From Opitutia bacterium (GTDB lineage Bacteria; Verrucomicrobiota; Verrucomicrobiia; Opitutales; UBA2995): DNA of 53,992 nucleotides. Location of the stretch: contig JAABVD010000002.1 in assembly GCA_014529615.1 (NCBI GenBank), positions 1,750 through 55,741 on the forward strand, given 5' to 3'. How positions within the stretch are numbered: position 1 is the first letter of the stretch; every line of letters begins with the position of its first letter. The notes below the pieces were generated by a model. It was given only the letters and a program-made list of their open reading frames with translations. It ran no database searches and was not told where the DNA came from. Below are positions 8,850 through 16,951 of this stretch, in pieces. Made by a program: the position numbers and the translations under genes.

Positions 8850-9668
8850 TCAGGGAATTCTCAGTTTCATTCCGACCTGGAGGGCATTCGGATTAGCCAG
8901 CAGATCACGATTGGCCTCATAGATCGAAACCCAGCGTTCGCGGGAACCATAAACTTTGGTACTGATTTTTAAGAGATTGTCTCCGGTTACAACGGTGTAA
9001 TACGCGGAAGTTGTTCGCCGGGTGGGGGATACCTCTCCCCGGCCGGGCAGGTCCCGTCGGGGAAGGGGAGCAACCCGCGCTTGAACGGTGTCCGCCGGGG
9101 TTTGGGTAGAGGAGGCGGGAGGTTGCGCTGCAATCTCCGCCTGCAACCTGGCTCTGAGGGCGTTGTTCTCACCATGGAGCCGGGCCAGGTCCTTTTTCAT
9201 GGCCAGGATTTCCCTGTCCTTTTGCTCGATCACATCCAGGAGGTCTATGCGATCGAATTCGGCATCGAGGAGGTTGGATGGAAAAGTGCGGGCGAATTCC
9301 TTCTTGGCGGTATTGATGAGATCCCGGACCAAGGGGGCCTGTTGGGAGCCCGGTTTGAACTTCAGGAATTGGCGAAAGTGGTAAATGGCCAAAATGGGGT
9401 CTTTGCTCTGTTCCAGGAAGAGCTGCCCCAGATAGAGGTGTGATTCGGGCGCGAGGGAATGGGTCTCGACCACTTTGAGAAAGGCGGTGAGGGCCTGGTC
9501 GTGCCGGCCTTGCCGGAGGTAGTCCTGCCCGCGCTTGTAAGCGGGCAAATCGACCTCCCGCACCACTTCCTCATTGAGCGGGCTGCACCCGCCCAGGGAC
9601 AAACCCAGAGCAACCAAAGCTCCCCAACCAATTTTCCTCAACACCTTGTTTTGGACGGCAGCGATCAT
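8850..9668 (-). CDS. LysM-domain lipoprotein with TPR-like N-terminal region
   Basis: The C-terminus has the LysM motif YTVVTGDNLLKISTKVYG...NPNALQVGMKLRIP. A signal peptide with lipobox LSLGGCS follows the ATG at 9668. The longer ORF-track start (9761) would overlap kdsD. Confidence 0.75.
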   Translation of the reverse strand: MIAAVQNKVLRKIGWGALVALGLSLGGCSPLNEEVVREVDLPAYKRGQDYLRQGRHDQALTAFLKVVETHSLAPESHLYLGQLFLEQSKDPILAIYHFRQFLKFKPGSQQAPLVRDLINTAKKEFARTFPSNLLDAEFDRIDLLDVIEQKDREILAMKKDLARLHGENNALRARLQAEIAAQPPASSTQTPADTVQARVAPLPRRDLPGRGEVSPTRRTTSAYYTVVTGDNLLKISTKVYGSRERWVSIYEANRDLLANPNALQVGMKLRIP

Positions 9669-9745
9669 TGCTGGAAGGTATTGCAGAGGAGACGGAATGA
9701 TGCAATCTAATCCATGTACAGGACCTGTAAAAATTCGTTTTTCAA

Positions 9746-10726
9746 GTGGATATTCAATCAATATTAAGGCGAGCCAGGAATTTTCTTAGTTTGGAGTCCC
9801 AAGCCATTCTCGACACAGCCGAGGGGTTGGATGAATCCTTTGCGCGGGTTGTGGCGGAGATTCAGGGGGCCCTCGACCGGCAACGGAAACTGGTATTGAT
9901 CGGCTTGGGGAAAAACGCGGGGATCTGCCACAAGCTGGTGGGGACATTCAACAGCACGGGGGTAAGCTCGGCTTTTTTAGATCCGGTCCAGGCCATGCAC
10001 GGTGATTTGGGGATGTGCCGGAGCGGAGATGTGGCCTTGATGGTGAGCAACAGTGGGGAAACCGGGGAAATCCTCCAACTGATATCCCTTCTGAAACGCA
10101 TGGGACTGAAAACGGTGGCATTTACCGGAAACAAGGGCAGCACCCTGGCAAGAAGTTGCGATTTCAGGCTGATTTATCGTGTCGAGGAGGAAGCTTGTCC
10201 GCTAAACCTGACTCCAACGGCGAGCACGACGGCGGCCCTGGCCCTGGGGGACGCCCTGGCCCTCGTCTCACTAGAAATGCGTCATTTCGGAAAGGAGGAT
10301 TTTGCCAAATATCATCCATCCGGAACCCTGGGAGCCGCCTTGATCCTGGGGGTGGAGGACATCATGCGAACGGGCAGGCGTCTGGCCAAAATAAATTCCG
10401 GAAAATCGGTGCAAGGGGCCATTGTGGAAATGACCCGGGCCAAAGCTGGCAGCATTGCCATTGTGGACGAGGACAACCGCTTATGTGGTATATTTACCGA
10501 TGCGGACTTGCGGAGAGCGATATTGAAAGACGCGGATGTCTTTGCCAAACCCATCGATGCGTTCATGACGCGGGACCCAAAAAAAGTGTCGTCCCATTCC
10601 CTGGCAGCCGAGGCCTTGAAGATGTTCGAGGACAATCAGATTGACGACATCCTGGTGGTGGATGAAGAAAACCGTCCGTTAGGGATTATCGACGGTCAAG
10701 ACCTCCCCAAACTGCGGCTCGTCTGA
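9746..10726 (+). CDS. kdsD: Arabinose-5-phosphate isomerase (SIS plus tandem CBS domains, KdsD/KpsF type)
   Basis: The SIS motifs GLGKNAGICHKLVGTFNSTG and SNSGETGEI are followed by two CBS-like repeats. The start codon is GTG. Confidence 0.88.
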   Translation: MDIQSILRRARNFLSLESQAILDTAEGLDESFARVVAEIQGALDRQRKLVLIGLGKNAGICHKLVGTFNSTGVSSAFLDPVQAMHGDLGMCRSGDVALMVSNSGETGEILQLISLLKRMGLKTVAFTGNKGSTLARSCDFRLIYRVEEEACPLNLTPTASTTAALALGDALALVSLEMRHFGKEDFAKYHPSGTLGAALILGVEDIMRTGRRLAKINSGKSVQGAIVEMTRAKAGSIAIVDEDNRLCGIFTDADLRRAILKDADVFAKPIDAFMTRDPKKVSSHSLAAEALKMFEDNQIDDILVVDEENRPLGIIDGQDLPKLRLV

Positions 10727-10775
10727 ACCTGTCCCGGGTACATTCGATATTCCTTTGTTTTTCAGAATATTTAAC

Positions 10776-11063
10776 CACAGATTTCACGGATGGGAACGGA
10801 TGGGAAAGTTCGTTAAGCTCACGAATTAGGAATTAGGAATTAGGAATTGGGAATGGATTAGAGTTTCTGAGTTTCTGAGTTGCTGAGATGGGAAAGTGCA
10901 TTTTAGCGCCTTTTGCGTTTTTTTGTGGCTAAAAAGATCGCGGCATAAAGCCGCTCCTACAGTGCTGCCCCATCCGTGTCCATCCGTGAAATCCGTGGTC
11001 AATTTTCCACCACTCCACCTCTCCATCATTCCCTTTCCCTTCTCTTCCCGCGCCCTTAGGCGC
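10776..11063. repeat. Intergenic module mosaic R3 (H'-C-E-F-G half-H-A'-B')
   Basis: H' at 10776-10804 and H at 10969-10998 are ~29-nt inverted repeats (about 26/29 matching). They bracket AATTAGG x4 (10823-10856), GAGTTTCT/GAGTTGCT x3 (10861-10887), the F block (10896-10931) and half of palindrome G (10936-10960). The C-E-F-G order is the same as in R1. Confidence 0.85.
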
Positions 11064-11481
11064 ATTCCCCCAGGCAGGTAACGGTGATTTGCCGATGGTG
11101 GGAGGCGACGCGGTGCTCCCAGAGGTAAAGGCCCTGCCAAGTTCCCAGGAGCAGTCGGCCCTGCAAAACAGGTATGGATTCCGAAGATCGGGTCAAGGCC
11201 ATCTTTATGTGACTGGGCATGTCGTCGGGACCTTCATAGGTATGGGTGAAATGGGGATCATCATCCGGCACCAGTCGATCCAGGAAATTTTCCAAATCCC
11301 TCCGAGCGGAAGGGTCCGCATTTTCCATCAGGACCAAGCTGCAACTGGTATGGCGACAGAAAGCGGTAATCTGGCCGGTTTGTAGGCGGGATGCCCTGAG
11401 CGCATTCCGGACAAAATGGGTAATTTCGTAAGTGCCCTTGCCGGAGGTTCTCAGAGTAAAGGATTCTTGGTGGACCTTCAC
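11056..11481 (-). CDS. yjbQ: YjbQ/UPF0047 family protein (secondary thiamine-phosphate synthase-like)
   Basis: Family motifs HTSCSLVLMENADP, EGPDDMPSHIK and GRLLLGTWQGLYLWEHR are present. The start is GTG. The last codons and the stop lie inside repeat module B'. Confidence 0.85.
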   Translation of the reverse strand: MKVHQESFTLRTSGKGTYEITHFVRNALRASRLQTGQITAFCRHTSCSLVLMENADPSARRDLENFLDRLVPDDDPHFTHTYEGPDDMPSHIKMALTRSSESIPVLQGRLLLGTWQGLYLWEHRVASHHRQITVTCLGECA

Positions 11482-11518
11482 ATGGCCCAGTCAAGGGCAG
11501 AAAACCCCGCCGCGCAAC

Positions 11519-12604
11519 TCAGGAAGGGGCTTCCCTGGGTGCGGAAGTTTCCTGGCTATCCGGGTCGACCTGGTCGACTTGGTCGACGGGGGTCTGGGCT
11601 TCAAGGGTGGGCGGGGCCTCCTCGGGCCGCTCGGTTACCTTTACCGTAACATCCTGCGAGACACCATTGCGGAATATCTGAATATCGAGAAACTGTCCGG
11701 CCCGGGCGAAGAACATGGCATTGCGCACATCGGAAATGGAATGGATGGGAAAGTCTCCCATCCGAACCAACACATCGCCCGTTCTCATATCCACTATGTG
11801 GGCAGGAGAGTTCGGAACGATTTCGGTGAGGTAAATCTGCCGCCCTTCCCGAATGGTGGAACGCACCCCGATTTCAATGCCGATCCAGCCCTTAATGAAT
11901 TTCCCCGCAAAAAGGAGGTCATCGCGCACCCGCAGAACGGCACGCGCGGGCAAAACATATCCGGACCCAACATCCGGAGCGGAAGCAACCAGAATGCCCA
12001 AAAAACGTCCGTTCAGGTCGATGACCGGGGCTCCCCCCTCCCCCAAATTGACCGGTTTATTGACCCGGATGTAAGTGGTGGCGAAATCCCGCTGGGCAAA
12101 ACTGGTTTCGTCCCCGGCCACCATGGTGAGAGATGGGGAGGGATCGAAATTCAAAGGACAGGAAATGACTACCACCATGGAACCGATCTGGGGTAATTGA
12201 TGATTGGCCTCGGGAATGAAAAATGAAAAATCACCGGGAAGAGTGCTGGCCTTGAGGAGGGCAAGATTGGTGGAAGGCTCCACCCCGACCAATTCGGCGG
12301 CATAATTGACCCCGCGGTAATCAATCCAACTGCGGTTGCTGTTCATGACCACGGAAGCATTGGCCAGGATATGGCCTTCGCGGCTGATAAAGCACCCCGT
12401 TCCCGATTTCAGGGCGTTTTGGAGATCTCCCTTTTCATCGTAGGTGCGATGCGCGGCCAGCACGCGGAAGACCCCCGTGGAGTTATCGGAATAAATATCC
12501 GTTATGCGCCGCTGAATAGCGCCAAATTCAGCATCGCCCTGGGGGAACAAGGGGTTGGGAACGAAGAGGAGGAGCACGGTAACCCCGAGAAGACGCCTGA
12601 TCAT
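11519..12604 (-). CDS. HtrA/DegS-like trypsin-fold protein with C-terminal PDZ; catalytic triad apparently substituted (pseudoprotease)
   Basis: It has a signal peptide, an S1C-like fold and a PDZ domain (GWIGIEIG...EIVPNSPA...GDVLVRMGD). By-eye alignment to the HtrA motifs gives TNxHVV -> ANASVV, DIAxLK -> NLALLK and GNSGGP -> GEGGAP. Confidence 0.75.
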   Translation of the reverse strand: MIRRLLGVTVLLLFVPNPLFPQGDAEFGAIQRRITDIYSDNSTGVFRVLAAHRTYDEKGDLQNALKSGTGCFISREGHILANASVVMNSNRSWIDYRGVNYAAELVGVEPSTNLALLKASTLPGDFSFFIPEANHQLPQIGSMVVVISCPLNFDPSPSLTMVAGDETSFAQRDFATTYIRVNKPVNLGEGGAPVIDLNGRFLGILVASAPDVGSGYVLPARAVLRVRDDLLFAGKFIKGWIGIEIGVRSTIREGRQIYLTEIVPNSPAHIVDMRTGDVLVRMGDFPIHSISDVRNAMFFARAGQFLDIQIFRNGVSQDVTVKVTERPEEAPPTLEAQTPVDQVDQVDPDSQETSAPREAPS

Positions 12605-12623
12605 CCTACGAGCCCTTTCCCTT

Positions 12624-13202
12624 CTAGAACCCGATCCTCTGACTGAGGGCGGCCGAAACGTAGATCGGAGTATCCCGACTTATGGTGTAGGAGACGTAGG
12701 TGGCCGGGGAGTCGCTATTGGACCGGATAGTGGGAGTGGGAAATTCTTGGGTATAGGTCGCTGTTTCGGGCAGTTTGGCGGGGATAACGTCCACCACAAA
12801 ACTGGCTGGGGCGCTGGATAAAGCCGGAATGAACACGGCTTCCCGGCGGGGTTGGGGCGGCAGGGCCGGTTCTCTCACGGAGGGTTCCATTTTGATCTCC
12901 GGGGTGGGCTGGGCCAGCGCAACCGTTTCAACAAAATCGCCTTGCGAAGGAGGATTGCCTCGATAATTCAGCAAAAAGACAAAAAGGACTAGGGCCAATC
13001 CGGAAAGGGGCACGAGCAACCGGCTGCGAGCCAGAATGAGTTGGGGCAGACGACTCCAAAAGGATTCCCTGACCATCACGGTCTGCAATTGCCGTTGCCG
13101 GAATTCCTTTTGAAATTGGTCCCAAAAAGCGGGATCGGGCCGCTCCGCTTTTTTAAGCTTGAGCAGGCCTTCCAAATTGATCTTGGGCGATTTTTGCGGC
13201 AT
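12624..13202 (-). CDS. Putative single-pass anti-sigma factor
   Basis: It lies immediately downstream of the ECF sigma gene, 6 nt after that gene's stop. It has a short cytoplasmic N-terminus, one TM segment (LLVPLSGLALVLFVFLL) and a Pro-rich periplasmic tail. It has no recognisable catalytic motif, so the call rests on context. Confidence 0.55.
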   Translation of the reverse strand: MPQKSPKINLEGLLKLKKAERPDPAFWDQFQKEFRQRQLQTVMVRESFWSRLPQLILARSRLLVPLSGLALVLFVFLLNYRGNPPSQGDFVETVALAQPTPEIKMEPSVREPALPPQPRREAVFIPALSSAPASFVVDVIPAKLPETATYTQEFPTPTIRSNSDSPATYVSYTISRDTPIYVSAALSQRIGF

Positions 13203-13208
13203 CAATTA

Positions 13209-13838
13209 TTAATCCAACCAATCTTGCAACTTCGCCTGCAGTTGTTTCTTGGCGTAGTGTAGGCGAGACCGAACCGTGCCGACGGAGCAATTCATGATTT
13301 CGGCAATTTCCTGGTGGGAAAGGTCATCTATTTCAAAAAGCACGATTACGGTTCTATGTTTAACTGACAAAGTTTGCAGTGCTTCGTTCAATTTATATTG
13401 CAATTCCTTGAGCAGGGCCGGTTTTTCCGTGCTGGATTTGGAGGAAAGGGCTTCGAGCACGTCGGTGGGGCAGGCTTCCTCGTGGAGGGTTTCGAAACTG
13501 AGGAAGCTCCTGAACCGGTTCTTTTTCAGGTGGGTCAAGGTGGTATTGACAGCGATCCGGTAGAGCCAGGTGAAAAAGGAGGATCTGGCTTTGAACCGGC
13601 CGATGGATTGAAAGGCTTTGATAAAGGTTTCCTGAGAGAGGTCGTAGGTATCCTCCTTATTGGAGGTGAGGTTGTAGATGACGGAGAACATGCGTTCCCG
13701 GTATTTGAGGACCAAATGATCGAATGCGGCTACATCCCCGGATTGAACCCGCCTGACCAGCAAGAGGTCGCCATCTCTCTCAGCTTGAACCTCAGGAGAG
13801 CTGATAAGGGTACGACCAATTGTCCGAGCGGGCGCCAT
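13209..13838 (-). CDS. ECF (group IV sigma-70 family) RNA polymerase sigma factor
   Basis: The region 2 motifs are AFDHLVLKYRERMFSVIYNL, DLSQETFIKAF and FFTWLYRIAVN. Region 4 has the HTH LSHQEIAEIMNCSVGTVRSRLHYAKKQL. Confidence 0.92.
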   Translation of the reverse strand: MAPARTIGRTLISSPEVQAERDGDLLLVRRVQSGDVAAFDHLVLKYRERMFSVIYNLTSNKEDTYDLSQETFIKAFQSIGRFKARSSFFTWLYRIAVNTTLTHLKKNRFRSFLSFETLHEEACPTDVLEALSSKSSTEKPALLKELQYKLNEALQTLSVKHRTVIVLFEIDDLSHQEIAEIMNCSVGTVRSRLHYAKKQLQAKLQDWLD

Positions 13839-13962
13839 GAAGAACGATGCTTTGCCCGAAAGACTGGAAAATCAACCCTAAAAGTGACTTGGCACGACCC
13901 TTGGGCAGCCGGATTCAAATTTTTTCCGGGAAATTGGGGCCATTGCCGGTGGGAGGGTGAAA

Positions 13963-14061
13963 TCAACCCCAAGTACGCTTCTTATGGCGATTTGCCCTGG
14001 AACGCTTGCGACGCTTGTGTTTGGCGATCTTTTTGCGGCGTTTTTTCTTAAGATTTCCCAT
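13963..14061 (-). CDS. 32-aa Lys/Arg-rich small protein resembling ribosomal protein bS22 (AURKAIP1/COX24-like)
   Basis: It is absent from the ORF track because it is under 60 aa. The sequence ATG...TGA translates as [32 protein letters not shown]. This matches the MGSxIKKRRKRMxKKKHRK pattern of bS22-type peptides. Confidence 0.55.
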   Translation of the reverse strand: MGNLKKKRRKKIAKHKRRKRSRANRHKKRTWG

Positions 14062-14132
14062 GTAATTCAGTTCAAAACAAGGCGTGGAAAGTGGCTAATT
14101 TGCTGGGTGGAGTAAAGAACATTATGGAGAAA

Positions 14133-14924
14133 TTACCCGATAGCCAGGCCGGTCTTTCGCAGAAAATCGGCAAATCCCCGGGGCAAATCGGCTGCAACGG
14201 GGGTTTTTTCCTTCATTTGCGCCGGAAGATGCACTTCCCGTAGGAACAAGGCCAATCCTCGGATCCGGGACAAGGCGCGCCTGGCCCAGGTTGGTTCAAC
14301 CGTAGCCGGATCTACCCTGCCCAACCCATAGAGATCGTCCCCCAAGATGGGCAATCCCGACTCCGCAGCGTGTATGCGCACTTGGTGCAGGCGGGGATTC
14401 CTAGCCCTGGCCCTCCAGAGCAAATAGGGAGGCAGTTTCCCCAATTCGTCAAAAAAAGTGGAGGATTTCTTTCCTGTTTTTCGGGAAATAACCACCCTGT
14501 TTTCCCGGTGATGCCGTGCCACGGGCAAATGGCATTGGCGAGTAACCCGGTCCCAGGTTCCGGTGGACAACCCCCAAAAGGAAAAGGTGAATTGATCGGA
14601 GCCCAAGGCGTTGCGCCAATGGTCCGAGGCCTCCTTGTTCTTGGCGAAGATGGCCGGACCTCCAACCTCGTATTCCGGACCGGAAACGAAGTAGACTCCC
14701 TTTATTCCCAAGCGCTGAAGCTCCGGTTTTCCCCGGGTCAGTTGCGACTTGATTCCCAAAGTGAGATCGGGACACTCCGCGTGCCAGGGATGGGCGCGGG
14801 CCAGGAGATAGGGCGGCTTGTAGAGGGCAAACCAGTTTTTCCGGTTACGCAATAGAGGCAATCGGTAGGGTCCCGGCCCCAACAAACCCGGGGGAAACCC
14901 TATGAACTCGCCGGATCTCGCCAT
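14133..14924 (-). CDS. RluA-family pseudouridine synthase homologue with a degenerate active-site motif
   Basis: The C-terminal family motif RLHQVRIHAAESGLPILGDDLYG is conserved. At the position of HRLDxxTSGxxxxAK the sequence reads SGPEYEVGGPAIFAK, so the catalytic Asp appears to be Glu. Confidence 0.6.
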   Translation of the reverse strand: MARSGEFIGFPPGLLGPGPYRLPLLRNRKNWFALYKPPYLLARAHPWHAECPDLTLGIKSQLTRGKPELQRLGIKGVYFVSGPEYEVGGPAIFAKNKEASDHWRNALGSDQFTFSFWGLSTGTWDRVTRQCHLPVARHHRENRVVISRKTGKKSSTFFDELGKLPPYLLWRARARNPRLHQVRIHAAESGLPILGDDLYGLGRVDPATVEPTWARRALSRIRGLALFLREVHLPAQMKEKTPVAADLPRGFADFLRKTGLAIG

Positions 14925-14974
14925 AAAAACCCCGGTAGTCTCACTGGCTGGGAGGCCGGGTAAGCCGCTGGATC

Positions 14975-15232
14975 TCAGATAAAGATATACTTGGCGTAGG
15001 CGGATTTCATCCTCCTGGCGGCATTTCGATGGATGACTTTGGATTTTGCAGCTTTGTCCACAGCAGAGACAAATTGGATGGCGGCTTGTCTGGTGGCCTC
15101 GGCATCCCCGGAGGAAGAGGCTTGCATCACGATTTTACGCAAGGTCTTCAGGCGGGATTTAACGGCGCGATTGCGGGCGGTTTGCCGCACCGTCTTGCGG
15201 ATATTTTTTTTTGCCGAAGGGGTGGTGGCCAT
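14975..15232 (-). CDS. rpsT: 30S ribosomal protein S20
   Basis: The sequence MATTPSAKKNIRKTVRQTARNRAVKSRLKT...IHRNAARRMKS is typical of bS20. The start is placed at the ATG at 15232. Confidence 0.93.
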   Translation of the reverse strand: MATTPSAKKNIRKTVRQTARNRAVKSRLKTLRKIVMQASSSGDAEATRQAAIQFVSAVDKAAKSKVIHRNAARRMKSAYAKYIFI

Positions 15233-15302
15233 AGGGAAATTAAAGATGAAGGGGTGAAGATGAAGGGGCGGTTTCATCTGTCAAGCGTAATTTGGAGTCA
15301 GC

Positions 15303-15680
15303 TTTGGACCTCGTAAGCCGGATTCTGTCATCCCGAACGGGATGGGCATTCATTCATCTAACAAGCAACCTTGTTTCCCGCCAAGCGGGATGCGACACAC
15401 CCGGGACGATTGGGCGGACCACCCCGTCCCCTACTTTGTCTTGCACCGAATTGGGTTTATCCTGCCACCCCGGTTACCCGGGAGCGCGGTGAGCTCTTAC
15501 CTCACCTTTTCACCCTTACCCTTCGCGTTGCGCCGGGCGGTTTGTTTTCTGTGACACTGGCCGTCACCCTGAATTAAGGCAGGGCGCCCCCGTTTTCACG
15601 GGGAATTCCGTCCTGTGGTGTCCGGACTTTCCTCTCACATTGCAAAGAACCGAGCGAATGCCTGAAATCCAAAGCTAACT
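15303..15680 (-). ncRNA. rnpB: RNase P RNA, bacterial type A
   Basis: The reverse complement contains GAGAGGAAAGTCCGGAC, ACAGAAAAC, GGGTAAGGGTGAAAAGGTGAGGTAAGAGCTCACC and ACAGAATCCGGCTTAC. A 17-bp P1 stem forms between AGTTAGCTTTGGATTTC at the 5' end and GAGGTCCAAAGCTGACT at the 3' end. Confidence 0.93.
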
Positions 15681-16388
15681 CGCAAAGTAGACCAATCTTC
15701 CACAATTATGGCAGGTCGTCAACGCCACACCTTTGCGGGCTTTTTCCATTATTTCATTGGAAACCCGCAAATGGCACCCCAGACACTTCTGCATCTTCAA
15801 CCCCACCACCACGGGCAGTTTCATCCGGGCCGCCATGGGCCGGTAGGCTCTGAGATATGCAGGGTCGATATCACGGTCGGCCGATTGCAAGCGAAGGGCG
15901 GCATCCGCCAACCGGTTTTTCAAATCGGCCCTACGGTTTTCCAGCACGGCAATTTTTCGCTTAATCAGCTCGGTGGAGGAGGCGAGGGAGGCCTCTTGTT
16001 TTTTGTAGTTTTCGGTTTCGCTATCGATCTCCAGCATCAGGCCGATCTCCTCTTCCTCCCAATCGAGAATCTCTTTTTCCAGCCCTTCAATTTCGTGGAT
16101 CAAGGCTTGATATTCCTCATTTTTCTTTACCTGCAGTTGCTGGTTTTTGTAGCGCAGAATCTGCTCCTGAGCCACACCCACCCGGTTATCGAGGTCTTTG
16201 CGCGAGACTTCCATCTTCCGTAGCCTCGCTTTGGCATCGGCCAAGGTTTTTTCCTCAGCCTCAATAGTGTCCTGCAACCGTTTCACGTCGATCGGGATGG
16301 CCTGCAGGAGTTGCTCCAGATGGCGGACCTTTTGCTCGCAGGCCTGCAGGGCAAGCAGTTTTTCGATTTGCGGATTCAGGTGAGCCAT
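15675..16388 (-). CDS. Coiled-coil protein with C-terminal C4 zinc ribbon (COG1579/DUF164-like)
   Basis: A long heptad-rich region is followed by CLGCHLRVS...CHNCGRLVYF. The start is placed at the ATG at 16388; the ORF track uses a TTG at 16427. The TAG stop overlaps the 5' end of rnpB. Confidence 0.75.
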   Translation of the reverse strand: MAHLNPQIEKLLALQACEQKVRHLEQLLQAIPIDVKRLQDTIEAEEKTLADAKARLRKMEVSRKDLDNRVGVAQEQILRYKNQQLQVKKNEEYQALIHEIEGLEKEILDWEEEEIGLMLEIDSETENYKKQEASLASSTELIKRKIAVLENRRADLKNRLADAALRLQSADRDIDPAYLRAYRPMAARMKLPVVVGLKMQKCLGCHLRVSNEIMEKARKGVALTTCHNCGRLVYFAS

Positions 16389-16459
16389 GGCTTGTGCAAG
16401 TGTGTCGTCCCGGGAATAACCCGGCAATTATTTGTATAGGGAATTTCCGGGACGTCACA

Positions 16460-16873
16460 CTAAATGTAATACATATCCTCGCTTTCCTCGGGCAGGAAGG
16501 ATTCCAGGGTATAACTCTTGGTTTTTTCCGATAGGGTTTCCACTACTTCGGACCAAACTTTTGCAACACCCCGCCCCGACCAACCGTTCGGCGCGAGGTT
16601 GATAGCCAACAGCTCTCCCTCCATGATCGAGACGATATCAAACAGGGTTATTTGGGCCGGTGGTTTGGCCAAACGGTAACCTCCCTGCTTTCCCCGCCGA
16701 CTGATAATCAAACCCCCGTTGCGGAGGTCGTTGAGGATCTGAACCAGATAATTTGCCGGGATTTCCTCGAGCTCGGCCAACTCGTCGATTCGGGAAAAGG
16801 GCCTGCTGCCGTAGGATCGGCTCAACTGGGCCAAAACACGGCAGGCGTACTCGACTTTCAAGGAGAGTTTCAC
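16460..16873 (-). CDS. Rrf2 (BadM/IscR) family transcriptional regulator
   Basis: The sequence is MKLSLKVEYACRVLAQLS...IPANYLVQILNDLRNGGLIISRRGKQGGYRLAKP, a winged-helix Rrf2 signature. The start is GTG. Confidence 0.9.
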   Translation of the reverse strand: MKLSLKVEYACRVLAQLSRSYGSRPFSRIDELAELEEIPANYLVQILNDLRNGGLIISRRGKQGGYRLAKPPAQITLFDIVSIMEGELLAINLAPNGWSGRGVAKVWSEVVETLSEKTKSYTLESFLPEESEDMYYI

Positions 16874-16950
16874 CGGAAAGACAAAATCTTGAGATCGGTG
16901 CCCTTGTAAACAAAATAGGGAATCGGTATGGTTACGACGCCTCCAAAGTC
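16784..16950. repeat. Copy A of the duplicated rrf2 5' end / rrf2-gyrB intergenic / gyrB codon ~20-25 segment
   Basis: It aligns with 18629-18912 at roughly 85% identity. A 117-nt internal gap (18780-18896) is bounded by the GGTTA microhomology. Copy A ends 1 nt before the glpD stop codon. Confidence 0.85.
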
Positions 16951-16951
16951 A

